From a virus: a stretch of DNA of 64,000 nt. The stretch is taken from the IMG/VR virus record IMGVR_UViG_3300032401_000008, positions 3,858-67,857 of that record; one strand, 5' to 3'. The notes under the pieces were generated by a model. The model saw only the letters and a list, made by a program, of their open reading frames with translations. It ran no database searches and was not told where the DNA came from. Positions 38,141 to 47,507 of this stretch are shown piece after piece. Within the stretch, counting starts at the first letter, position 1; every line of letters starts with the position of its first letter. Made by a program: the position numbers and the translations under genes.

Positions 38141-39802
38141 ATGCCATTACCCGCTGCATATATAGATAATGTTCGCTTAGTAAGCAGTAAAACTATTTCC
38201 GTTCGTGGGAATATTGTATATGATTGCTACGGAGAAAATATTACTGGGATAAAGATAGATTCTTGTGAAGATGTAATTGTAAAAAATAATAAATGTGTAA
38301 GGCTACGTTCTAATGGCGGAATTGGTAGAGGATACCATATTTCTAACTGTGAAGAAACAAATTTAATTTACAACGTATCAAGTAGGGTTGATGTAGGTTT
38401 TGACTTTAGTTCACTAACAGAACTAATTATTTACAACTTAACGTCAAATAACACAGATATTTGTATTAGAACAGATAGTGATTGTACTATACGCAATTTA
38501 GCTCTGTCTTCAAGCAAAGAATGGAAATTATATAAAAATAACTTAGGTATATTTACGTTAGGAAGTTCCTCTGCAGATGTTGACTACTTAATTTATTCCG
38601 GAATAGGAACTCTATACTCTGGGTCTGCCACTTTTGGTTCAACAGTAAGTGAAAAAAGAATTTTATATATTGACGAAGAAAATGATGATCTAACTCCTGA
38701 TTATATTTCAGTTTTAGTAAATACAGGAACAGCAAACACAGTCTACTCTACTTACGTAGATACGGGTGGTGTAAGATCTCCTGTCACTGTAGAACAAACT
38801 GCAAAAATAAAATATTTTTATAGTTTGTTAGATAATGATTTTTGGGACGTAGAAAACGAAGAGTCTGCAGAAGTTTCTTTCATAAAGTCTATACAAAGTC
38901 GTGCTTTTGCATCAGCAGAAACAGAATTTAATGTCTCAAAAAATGATTATTACATAAAAACAATGACCTCTTCAAACGGGTTTGCTTCCTTATTTCCCGC
39001 TAATATGCGCTATCAAAATGCAAGCAAATTCAATAAAAGAGTAGCAGATTTATTTTACGCAACACAAGGACCTGGTGTAGTAGCCTCTATGCAAACAGGA
39101 ATAGGCGGGTATAACGTATATCCGTCGTTCTTTAGAAGAATAGAAGATGCTACTTTTGGGTGGATTTTAGCACAATCAGCAGTAGATGTAGATAACTGGT
39201 TATTAGGGTACGATGGAATACGCTATGGTATTTATGTTGACGTTTTAGGTACATCAACGTTATCTACAGCAACAAGCGGAGAATGTTATAATAATGTTAT
39301 GGATTGTGTAGCCGATATAGCTCCAGTAAAATGGTTCCTCCATAATGAACCACAACCAACAGGTTACAAATTATTTACAGATATGTGGAACGGTTTTGAA
39401 AATTGTACTTTATCAAATATGCAGTACAATGATGATTTTGCTATATCCCCTACACAAGAAGATCAAGATGGAAATATAACAACGCCGCTTATATCTACTA
39501 TAGGAGTAGTTGTTACAGGAACTAGCGTTTCTGGAGATAATGTAGAAATTTCATTATTAGATCGTATTTGGAGTGAAAATATTAGAAGAAAGCTGTATTA
39601 TAGACAAGGTACAAGTTCTTCTAATCTAACAGCCTGGGAAGAGATAAGAGAAACAATAGGTGGACACTTTTTAATAACAAACCCTTATATACAATTTAAA
39701 ATAACTATAGAAAATTTACCTAGAAAAAATGATTACGAGTTTATAGGTTTATGTTTTAGGGAGTATTCTATAGCAAGGGACTTTACTTTGCCGCAATCGT
39801 AG
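38141..39802 (+). CDS. baseplate wedge (gpI-like) protein with N-terminal CBM end-strand and C-terminal half of a beta-helix
   Basis: AYIDNVRLV; beta-helix coils ending in cap YIDEENDDLTPDYISVLVNTG; helical wedge-like middle; YIQFKITI. Confidence 0.55.
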   Translation: MPLPAAYIDNVRLVSSKTISVRGNIVYDCYGENITGIKIDSCEDVIVKNNKCVRLRSNGGIGRGYHISNCEETNLIYNVSSRVDVGFDFSSLTELIIYNLTSNNTDICIRTDSDCTIRNLALSSSKEWKLYKNNLGIFTLGSSSADVDYLIYSGIGTLYSGSATFGSTVSEKRILYIDEENDDLTPDYISVLVNTGTANTVYSTYVDTGGVRSPVTVEQTAKIKYFYSLLDNDFWDVENEESAEVSFIKSIQSRAFASAETEFNVSKNDYYIKTMTSSNGFASLFPANMRYQNASKFNKRVADLFYATQGPGVVASMQTGIGGYNVYPSFFRRIEDATFGWILAQSAVDVDNWLLGYDGIRYGIYVDVLGTSTLSTATSGECYNNVMDCVADIAPVKWFLHNEPQPTGYKLFTDMWNGFENCTLSNMQYNDDFAISPTQEDQDGNITTPLISTIGVVVTGTSVSGDNVEISLLDRIWSENIRRKLYYRQGTSSSNLTAWEEIRETIGGHFLITNPYIQFKITIENLPRKNDYEFIGLCFREYSIARDFTLPQS

Positions 39803-39810
39803 GAGCTATA

Positions 39811-42558
39811 ATGGAACGTTCAAAATACTTTAATTATACTAGACCAACCGCAACACAGTTAAATCATACAGAAGATTCCAGGTCTAGGTCTATTTTGCGA
39901 AGAATAGACAGCGCATGTCAAATGGGAATAGTTTCTGGATTTAGGGTTTTCGTAAACTCGCTAGATCCTACTCTTATAGACATTGGTGCAGGAACTGGAT
40001 ATACAGGCGGAAAATACGCCTCCTTAGACATTGGTGATGATGGTTCTGGAGAGCGCATTTCTACAATTACTTCAGGTACAACAGTAGTTGGGCAGGCTTT
40101 AGCAGATTATACATCTGGGGTAAAAAACTATATTTCTTTAATCTATACGGAAACAGAAGTGGATCCGCTAACAGAAATTTTTTATCCTTTTACTGCTCAT
40201 GACACTGTTGTTTCAGAAGATTTTACGGTATCTTCTTTGTCAGAAACAGACTGGAATTTACTTACTGTAGACCAAAAAAGAAATAGAATTTTGGTGGCTA
40301 TAGTTACCGCACAGGGTGCAGGAAATGCATTAACTTCTGCGGACATTCAACAAGTAGTTCAACCACTAAATCATCCTACCCCGTCTGCAACATCAAATGT
40401 TACTGGGGTTACTTTTGTTGGTATAGCCAAAACTACGCTTATGGGGTCTGCAACACTGCGGTTTGAATCGGCATCAAAAAAATTATTCTGGACTGCGCCT
40501 GGAGATACGGAAGGCGCTGGTGTTACTTTTACTTCTTCTAGTACTGCTGTTCTATATTCCAATGATACTACATATTGGATACAAGTCTCTGTAGTCTATG
40601 CTAGTTTACCTGCTGCAGACGCTACAGATACTATAAATATTTCATCTCTTTATGGAAAAACAATCCCTAGGTTTAGTGCGGACGATACACTACACAGAGA
40701 CCTGTTAGGGTCTGGAACACCCACAGCAACAAACCCGCATGGGATGACACTAAATGACATAGAGGGAGGAACATTTGACCATGCAGATTTGTACCATAAA
40801 AATGGAATATCAATAGAGGCAGATAGTACCCAATTACTTTGTTCTATAAATTTGATAAATGATTATATTGAAGTAAACAATATTGGCGGGTTCAGAAATA
40901 GTTTTCTAGTTGACGGGCTTTCATATGAAACACTAACGGGATATGCCGCAGGTACTGATGGGATATTAGCTTTTTCATCCACGACACCATCCGCAGATTA
41001 TTTGATATATGTAGATTCTGCTGGAGCGCCCCAAAAAGTAAGGATAGCAAGTTATGTACCAGCAGGTGCAGGAGATTTAAATGTTTTATGGTCTGCAAAT
41101 ATTTCAATTTTAGATATTCACAACACTCTTGCCGGGAGCGGAATTATTTCCTGGGACGGAACAAATTTAACTTATCAAGCACCATTAGACGGTACACCCG
41201 GATCACAAGTTTTAGTTTTACCCATAGGCACTCCGTCTGGAATATATAAATTATATTCTGATACTACTAGTGAATACATTATAGTTTCTATTAGTGGTAG
41301 TCTTGGTGGTGCAAATAGTTCTACGTTTACTACAGATAAAAATGAAACTACATATGCAGATGAAAACATACTAAAACTAGCCACAGTAACTTGGAACGCT
41401 ACAGGAGAACTTCTAGGAAATCTTCGGGATATACGCCAATTTAGAACAGCGGATGTACGTGATGATTTACTAGAAGAACATGATGCTACTGGAAAACATA
41501 CACGAGTTATACCAAATACACTAAAGGTTGGGGTTGCCAGTGGGCCTGCTGTATATGCGGTTGCCGATGGAAGTTTGGGTGTTTGGGCACGCGCTAAAGA
41601 TCAAGCCGGATATTTTACTGCCTCTGGATCAACCAACGTTACTGTACACGGCGTATCCGCAACGGCTAGAAATACGTCACAAGCAGCTAAGGCAATAGCA
41701 GTAAAAGCGGAGGCGGAAAGCGGAACTGGTGTGTGGGCCTCTGGTGTTGTTGGCGCTTATTGCATTGGAAGTGCTGGTAATGGCGTATGTGCTTCTGGAA
41801 TTCCAGCTGTTTATGGTGCGGCCAATGCGGCGGGGTTTTTTGGATCTATTGGTGTTCTGGGTGTGGCGAATGATATAGCTGTATGGGGTCAAGGAAGCGC
41901 TATAGGTGTTCTAGGTATAGCAGACGAAATAGGCGGAGGCTTTAACGCAACCGTTTCCGGTGTTGGTGTAAGTGCTTATGCTAATCAAGGTATAGGAGCA
42001 GATATTGGTGCTGCGAATGGAACTGGAATATATGTTAGTGTTCTAACTGGTAGAGGCGGCGCTTTTACAGTAGACAAGGGCGTGTATGGTCTAGAGGTGA
42101 AAAATTCTAACTCTTCTGCTGTAGATATATACGGAGCCAGTTTTTTAGCGATAAACGCATCAAATCATGCAGATGCTAGCGCTATAGGAGTATATGGCTC
42201 GGGATCAGCAGCAGGTGCGCTAGGAACAGGCATCGGAGTAATTGGCATCGGCGAGATCGGTGTTTCTGCTAATGGTGTAAGTGTTGGTGTTCTTGGTGGA
42301 CAATACATTGGACCAACTGTTCTTGTCGGCGTAGCTGGGTATGGTAGTTCGACTGGAGGTGCGTTTGGTGGTAAAACTGCAGTACAAGCACTTGGTAACA
42401 CCGTAGCTATCGATGGCCAGGCCCCACAGTTTTTAAGGTGGTCTTCCGCTTGGGTTGTGCCAAACGCATTAGATACAGGTAGTGCCATACCTATTAGCGT
42501 GTTTATTGGTGGGGGTTGGACAACTATGTGTATTCCTATTTATAATATAGCCCCATAG
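39811..42558 (+). CDS. tail fibre protein
   Basis: Baseplate-anchor N-terminus (GIVSGFRV..IDIGAGTGY), TNPHGMT motif, internal duplicated domain, Gly-rich G(V/I)xG C-terminal repeats. Confidence 0.7.
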   Translation: MERSKYFNYTRPTATQLNHTEDSRSRSILRRIDSACQMGIVSGFRVFVNSLDPTLIDIGAGTGYTGGKYASLDIGDDGSGERISTITSGTTVVGQALADYTSGVKNYISLIYTETEVDPLTEIFYPFTAHDTVVSEDFTVSSLSETDWNLLTVDQKRNRILVAIVTAQGAGNALTSADIQQVVQPLNHPTPSATSNVTGVTFVGIAKTTLMGSATLRFESASKKLFWTAPGDTEGAGVTFTSSSTAVLYSNDTTYWIQVSVVYASLPAADATDTINISSLYGKTIPRFSADDTLHRDLLGSGTPTATNPHGMTLNDIEGGTFDHADLYHKNGISIEADSTQLLCSINLINDYIEVNNIGGFRNSFLVDGLSYETLTGYAAGTDGILAFSSTTPSADYLIYVDSAGAPQKVRIASYVPAGAGDLNVLWSANISILDIHNTLAGSGIISWDGTNLTYQAPLDGTPGSQVLVLPIGTPSGIYKLYSDTTSEYIIVSISGSLGGANSSTFTTDKNETTYADENILKLATVTWNATGELLGNLRDIRQFRTADVRDDLLEEHDATGKHTRVIPNTLKVGVASGPAVYAVADGSLGVWARAKDQAGYFTASGSTNVTVHGVSATARNTSQAAKAIAVKAEAESGTGVWASGVVGAYCIGSAGNGVCASGIPAVYGAANAAGFFGSIGVLGVANDIAVWGQGSAIGVLGIADEIGGGFNATVSGVGVSAYANQGIGADIGAANGTGIYVSVLTGRGGAFTVDKGVYGLEVKNSNSSAVDIYGASFLAINASNHADASAIGVYGSGSAAGALGTGIGVIGIGEIGVSANGVSVGVLGGQYIGPTVLVGVAGYGSSTGGAFGGKTAVQALGNTVAIDGQAPQFLRWSSAWVVPNALDTGSAIPISVFIGGGWTTMCIPIYNIAP

Positions 42559-42566
42559 GTTAAAAA

Positions 42567-42800
42567 ATGTCTAATATTGATCTAGAAGAAAAAGAAAAAG
42601 AAATAGTAGAATTACACAACAAAATTTTAGACTACATAACAGCTCTTTGTAAAGACAAAAACTATTCCGCACAAGATCTATACATTGCTTTAGCCTACAC
42701 AAAGTATAAAATTTCTAAATGCTTAGGCCCAAAACTAACTAAAGTTTTGGATGAGTCTTTCATAATTGATCTAGGAGAAACGAAAGGGGAACCATGTTAG
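42567..42800 (+). CDS. hypothetical protein
   Basis: 77 aa ORF at end of operon. Confidence 0.5.
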   Translation: MSNIDLEEKEKEIVELHNKILDYITALCKDKNYSAQDLYIALAYTKYKISKCLGPKLTKVLDESFIIDLGETKGEPC

Positions 42801-43024
42801 ACGAGCTACCAACCGCTGAAGACATAGAAATTGAAGAAAGAATAAAAGAGCTAACTAGTGAAGAAGGAAACTTAAGAATTCTTATAGCAAAGTTTCTATG
42901 CACAATACTAAATTCTGGTATTGGTGAAGAAACAAATAAACTTTTAGAAGAAAATAGGAATAATAAAGAGTTTATTTCACTAGCAAAAACAATGCTTGAG
43001 TTGCACAATTATACTAGGTATTAA
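42794..43024 (+). CDS. hypothetical protein
   Basis: 76 aa ORF, AGGGG SD. Confidence 0.5.
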   Translation: MLDELPTAEDIEIEERIKELTSEEGNLRILIAKFLCTILNSGIGEETNKLLEENRNNKEFISLAKTMLELHNYTRY

Positions 43025-43668
43025 TTTTTCAAAGCCCACTGATTTTGTTTATCCACTAACCATTGATTCGCTTCTTCTTCTGTTAGATCTCCGCTTGCTA
43101 CCAACTCTGCCACTATTTGAGACAACTCTGCATATAACCGATCAAGTCTTTGCTGATGTAATCTATCAAATTCTTCTTTGGTCATGGCTTTTTTAACTTT
43201 GGAGGTTTTTGCCTTTTTACCTTGAATATTTTGGAAAGCCTGGTCTACCTCTTGCTCCATTTGGGGAACTTCTTCCGCAGGAACAAGCTCATCTCTAAAT
43301 TGCTGAAATTGTGCATCTAGTTCTGCTTTTAAAGCATCCAATTCTTCAGGAGTAGTAATATTTTTTACGTCAAGCTCCCTAAGCCAATCACCTAGGTTTA
43401 CAGCCGTTTGCTCAGGCCGAACTTCCGTATATTGAGCCTTTTTAGCTTTTCCATCCTCTACTTTGTAAACCTCCTCAGTCTTTGCCGGAAGTTCTTCTTT
43501 TACAGTACTCAATCTAGGAGTTTCATCTTTATGAGGAAATGCCTTTTTCTTTTCTTCCTTTGCTTCAGCAAAGGACAAAGGTTCTGAATACTTATCAGAA
43601 ATTACAGCGGGTTGGTCCCAAACAGCTAAATACTTAGCAACCAACTTTAAACGATCTACAGTTTTCAT
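43021..43668 (-). CDS. charged helical protein, candidate internal virion protein
   Basis: AGGAG SD; N-terminal MKTVDRLKLVAKYLA; Lys/Ala linkers. Confidence 0.5.
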   Translation of the reverse strand: MKTVDRLKLVAKYLAVWDQPAVISDKYSEPLSFAEAKEEKKKAFPHKDETPRLSTVKEELPAKTEEVYKVEDGKAKKAQYTEVRPEQTAVNLGDWLRELDVKNITTPEELDALKAELDAQFQQFRDELVPAEEVPQMEQEVDQAFQNIQGKKAKTSKVKKAMTKEEFDRLHQQRLDRLYAELSQIVAELVASGDLTEEEANQWLVDKQNQWALKN

Positions 43669-43678
43669 CTATTTTCTC

Positions 43679-44086
43679 CTAATTATTTTGGTTCGTATCG
43701 GTAACATTTTGTTGTGGTTCTTTTTTTAGAATCGATTCTGTAAGAGACTTAGTAACGCCTTCTATATCTTGTTGTTCAAAACCTAATTGATTTAGTAAAT
43801 CAGAAACTTGTTTTACAGAGTTTTCATCAAACCCATTTTTTACAATTTTATCAAGGTCTAAACTTCCGATATACTTGTTATAGGTATACTCCTCCAAAGG
43901 AGTATTTGTTAAATTTAAAGTAACCATGCTTTCCAGATCTTCCTCTTTAGATTCTTTTTCTTTTTTATTCTTTTTATCTCGTTCTTTTTTTCCTGATACT
44001 GGAGTTCTTTCCGCTGCATCAGGATTAGTATCTGTTGGTTCTAGGGGCCATTGATCGAAAGGCCCAGCACCCTTACACGTATTCAT
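43679..44086 (-). CDS. hypothetical protein
   Basis: 135 aa ORF, GGAG SD. Confidence 0.5.
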   Translation of the reverse strand: MNTCKGAGPFDQWPLEPTDTNPDAAERTPVSGKKERDKKNKKEKESKEEDLESMVTLNLTNTPLEEYTYNKYIGSLDLDKIVKNGFDENSVKQVSDLLNQLGFEQQDIEGVTKSLTESILKKEPQQNVTDTNQNN

Positions 44087-44117
44087 AGGAAACTCCAGAT
44101 TTTATGTCCTAAGATTT

Positions 44118-44975
44118 TTATTTTATTAAATCTACCAATGCTAATAAATCATCAAATAGAATTTCTACACTTCCAATAAAGGGAATTTCACTTCCCCCTT
44201 TAATTAATTTGCGAAGGTCTTCTGGAATTATTTTATTTAGAAGATCCATTGCTTCTTGTTCTGAAGTAGAGCTAATCCCTAAAATTAAATTTTCTTTGAT
44301 AGTTTCTTCCTCTTTCCATTGAGCAAAAGAAACATGAACAATATCATTTGGTTGTGCTGTATCCCCATCTACGTGTACTTTTATATCAACAAGATTACTT
44401 GACGAAAGAAGAGATCTGATTAGATCTTCCGTACTGCCTTCTTCTTCAGCTAGGATCTTTTGAGCACTCTCATACGCTTTGGTCATCGCATTCCACCTAT
44501 ACTGTTTTTTGGCTTGTTTACAAGCAGCATTTTCCATTTTTAGCAATCTTGTATAGTAGTCAGGTAGTTCTTTCAAATGTGCCCAAGCAATTTTTGCTGT
44601 AGCAAAAATGTCGTCGTCTGTAACGTTAGTCTCTTCACCTACGAAACCATGTTCTAACTCTACCTCGAAACCCATTTGAAGGTCTCTTGGAGTAAACTCT
44701 ACAGAAGACCAATCTATGCCAAGCTCTTCTCCAAGGTCTTTTACTTCTTCCTCGGTTAGGATATATTCTTTGGAAATAAGATAAACATTTCCAATTTTTT
44801 TCAAATTAGAATCAATAAAAGATATAATTTTTTCTAAGTTAGAATATCTCTTATTAATAGTATTCATGTCTAATTCAACCAGGGTAGAGTTTCTATTGTG
44901 GATAATGTTTACAGCAGACTCATCTAAGCCTAAATCATCCAAACAAGAATAAATTTTGTCTAACGTATCAATCAT
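44118..44975 (-). CDS. multidomain protein containing DUF5661-like domain
   Basis: MGFEVELEHG..TDDDIFATAKIAWAHLKELPDYYTRLLKME. Confidence 0.7.
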   Translation of the reverse strand: MIDTLDKIYSCLDDLGLDESAVNIIHNRNSTLVELDMNTINKRYSNLEKIISFIDSNLKKIGNVYLISKEYILTEEEVKDLGEELGIDWSSVEFTPRDLQMGFEVELEHGFVGEETNVTDDDIFATAKIAWAHLKELPDYYTRLLKMENAACKQAKKQYRWNAMTKAYESAQKILAEEEGSTEDLIRSLLSSSNLVDIKVHVDGDTAQPNDIVHVSFAQWKEEETIKENLILGISSTSEQEAMDLLNKIIPEDLRKLIKGGSEIPFIGSVEILFDDLLALVDLIK

Positions 44976-45993
44976 GAGAGTGTGCTGGAATGCTATCCCA
45001 AAATCCCGTTGGGACTTTTCCTTTTGTAAGTTTTTCTATCTTATTGGCTAACTCTAAAGAAGGTCTTCTAACAGACGAGCAAAGCCTGTCTAAAGAATTT
45101 GGTGTAATACCTAACTCGCTAGCAAACTCTGTTCTATTTGTACTAGTCTCTTTCAAGTACTTTGAAAGTAGATTTTCACCTGCCATTACTTTTGAAAGTT
45201 TTTCTATAACTAATTTTAGCCTATTCACAACGTGCCCCTTAATTGATTTAGCAGTATCAATCATTTCTTCTATAGTAACATTATTTTCGTCAAAAACTAA
45301 AATTTCGTCCCCGATAGAACCTGCCCGTTCAAAGTACAAAGCTTTGTAACCAGCTGCTTCTACTTCTTGCCCTATTTCATCTAAGGATAAAATAAGAGCA
45401 GAATTTTCTTCCGCCCAGGCATTTGCTTCGTCTATATAAGGCTTTACTTTGTTTAGTACTTCTACTATTTGTTCTTCTGATAGTTCTTCCGGACTAAAAT
45501 TATTCTCTAAAACAATCTGTACATCATCGAGATCCGGTATACCTTCCTTTTGTTCTAAATCATACAAAATAGCATCTTTGCTTGCTGCAGGTGGTGGAAT
45601 AAACTCTTCAATAGAGTCTATTAACATTGCTTTTGCTTTATTAACAGCACCAGTATCAAAATCTGCCCTGGTTACTAAATATGCTTGATCTTTTATATAA
45701 AAATAAAAAGGGGGAATAAATTCTCCAACTAAAATAGAATTCCCTTCTTCTCCCTCAACCTGATTTTGATTTTCTGCTGATAGATCATACACTTCTGTCT
45801 TATCTATATTTACAGATACTCTATACACATATTTACCATAAGCATTGGCGGTTTCAAAATTTTCGCTAACGTAAACCCCGTATCCAATATCCCCACCGTG
45901 CTTAAGATCAGGCTGGTTTGCTTCTAGTTTTTCAATATCAGGCGTATCTGAACCATGATAGGCAGTAAAACTTGCTTTTCTTTTCAGTACCAT
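44968..45993 (-). CDS. ADP-ribosyltransferase-fold (polyvalent-type) domain fused to XRE/Cro HTH
   Basis: AYHGS..GYGVYVSEN..A.AYG..VY; GYKAL..DEILVFD; C-terminal EFASELGITPNSLDRL..RRPSLELANKIEKLTKGKV. Confidence 0.65.
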   Translation of the reverse strand: MVLKRKASFTAYHGSDTPDIEKLEANQPDLKHGGDIGYGVYVSENFETANAYGKYVYRVSVNIDKTEVYDLSAENQNQVEGEEGNSILVGEFIPPFYFYIKDQAYLVTRADFDTGAVNKAKAMLIDSIEEFIPPPAASKDAILYDLEQKEGIPDLDDVQIVLENNFSPEELSEEQIVEVLNKVKPYIDEANAWAEENSALILSLDEIGQEVEAAGYKALYFERAGSIGDEILVFDENNVTIEEMIDTAKSIKGHVVNRLKLVIEKLSKVMAGENLLSKYLKETSTNRTEFASELGITPNSLDRLCSSVRRPSLELANKIEKLTKGKVPTGFWDSIPAHSHD

Positions 45994-45994
45994 G

Positions 45995-46732
45995 CTATTG
46001 GCCTATTGGTTTTACGGAATCGCTAGACAAACTAACTAAATTTCCGGTTAGATCCTCTACAGTAACCTGCACAACCATTTTACGAGGATCTGAATCTGGC
46101 CTATAAGTAGAAATCTTTTTTATTTTATTTATAAGCTCAGATCCTTTAAACTTTCTGTTGAAATCTACATAAAAAGTAACACGTTGATTGCTGTTTAAAG
46201 CACAAACAGTTTTTCCAGTAATGATAGTATAGTTTGATGCAAGTTGAGAAGGGGTAATTAACATAGTTTCTAAAAACGCTGTTTCAAAAACACTTTTGTA
46301 TATTTTTGTAATTGCGTATTGATATGTAACCCCGTTTGTTAGTCCAGTATCAACAAATTTCCAGGTAACGGCTTTTCCAGAAATTCTTGTATAGTTTTCG
46401 TCCGTTCCAGCAGACCTTCTCCAAATAGCAAAACCAGTAAGAGATGGGTCGTACCTATTTACCTCATCTAGTTGATTTTGCCGCATATTTCTTATTATTA
46501 AGTTTACTAGGGTTTCTATATGTGTGTATCTTACTCCCTTTTTATTCATTAACCCTTTGATTTTTGTTTGTTCGTTTACTAAAGCCCTAAGTAGTTGTGT
46601 TGTAAGCTTTTCATGTCCTTCACAGAGGACTATATCCCCTGTAGGTGACAACTTCAAAGTTGCTTTTCTAGTATCAGATAGACTAGAAGAGGTTGTTATT
46701 TTAAAATCTTCTTGGTAGGGAGTATCGGCCAT
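45995..46732 (-). CDS. gp25-like baseplate wedge protein with inserted fibronectin-III domain
   Basis: LKLSPTGDIVLCEGHEKLTTQLLRAL and ELINKIKKI..DPRKMVVQVTVEDLTG flank GFAIWRR..FVDTGLTNGVTYQYAIT; likely start MADTP at 46732. Confidence 0.65.
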   Translation of the reverse strand: MADTPYQEDFKITTSSSLSDTRKATLKLSPTGDIVLCEGHEKLTTQLLRALVNEQTKIKGLMNKKGVRYTHIETLVNLIIRNMRQNQLDEVNRYDPSLTGFAIWRRSAGTDENYTRISGKAVTWKFVDTGLTNGVTYQYAITKIYKSVFETAFLETMLITPSQLASNYTIITGKTVCALNSNQRVTFYVDFNRKFKGSELINKIKKISTYRPDSDPRKMVVQVTVEDLTGNLVSLSSDSVKPIGQ

Positions 46733-46815
46733 GCAAGTAGTATAGTTGAAAAAAAATTCAAACATTTAAGTATCAAATGTAGTAAAGGCGTGTATATTAG
46801 GAATAGAAACCCTTT

Positions 46816-47133
46816 TTGGAGCTTGCTATGTTACGAATAGTTTATTTCGTTTGTATTTTTAGTATTTTGTTAGACATGTCAACAACATACGTAGCATTGA
46901 ATTTTTACCCGCACATTTTCACAGAAGGAAATGATTATATTTCGTGTATTTATCAAGGCTGCGGTGTAGATTTTTTTGTCTCTTTTTTTCTTATTTTTAG
47001 AATTCTGATTACTCTATTAGTAAAAAATTTGGCTGCAATAGACGAAGTAAAATTGTTTTTGCTTACCTTGTGGGCTATGCCTGGGTTACTTTGTGGTACG
47101 CTGAACTTTGTAAAATTATTTTCAATAGGGTAA
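46816..47133 (+). CDS. small membrane protein (DUF5658-like)
   Basis: Three hydrophobic segments; LLDMSTTY..EGND motif. Confidence 0.55.
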   Translation: MELAMLRIVYFVCIFSILLDMSTTYVALNFYPHIFTEGNDYISCIYQGCGVDFFVSFFLIFRILITLLVKNLAAIDEVKLFLLTLWAMPGLLCGTLNFVKLFSIG

Positions 47134-47230
47134 CAATAATTAATCCTAAAACGAAGTTGTAGTATATCATTTAGAAAATTGCACAATTCTGTCTTTTGAC
47201 AGAAAAGGTTTCAGACAAAAGAGCTAAACA

Positions 47231-47494
47231 ATGTATTTTTGGACATATACAAGCAAAAACGACGAAGATGACGATTGTGGAAGCTGCTCAAAAGGTTGTT
47301 GTTCCAGTAAAAATAATTCAAAAAAAGATTGTAAGTGTTCTGGATCTTGCGGAGATGCTTGTAAGTGTAATAAGCCTATAAAAAATAATGATGGAAGAGA
47401 CACTTGTTTTGTATGTGGAAATGACACCTACATAGCGGGCGGGGGCCAGTATAGGCTTTGTAAAAATAAAAGTTGCAAATGGTACAATAATTAG
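47231..47494 (+). CDS. Cys-rich metal-binding protein
   Basis: 13 Cys in 87 aa; CKCSGSCGDACKC and CFVC..CKNKSC. Confidence 0.55.
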   Translation: MYFWTYTSKNDEDDDCGSCSKGCCSSKNNSKKDCKCSGSCGDACKCNKPIKNNDGRDTCFVCGNDTYIAGGGQYRLCKNKSCKWYNN

Positions 47495-47507
47495 GAAAAG
47501 CTATGTC
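47467..47507 (+). repeat. 41-bp direct repeat, copy 1
   Basis: taaaagttgcaaatggtacaataattaggaaaagctatgtc; one mismatch to 51523-51563. Confidence 0.9.
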
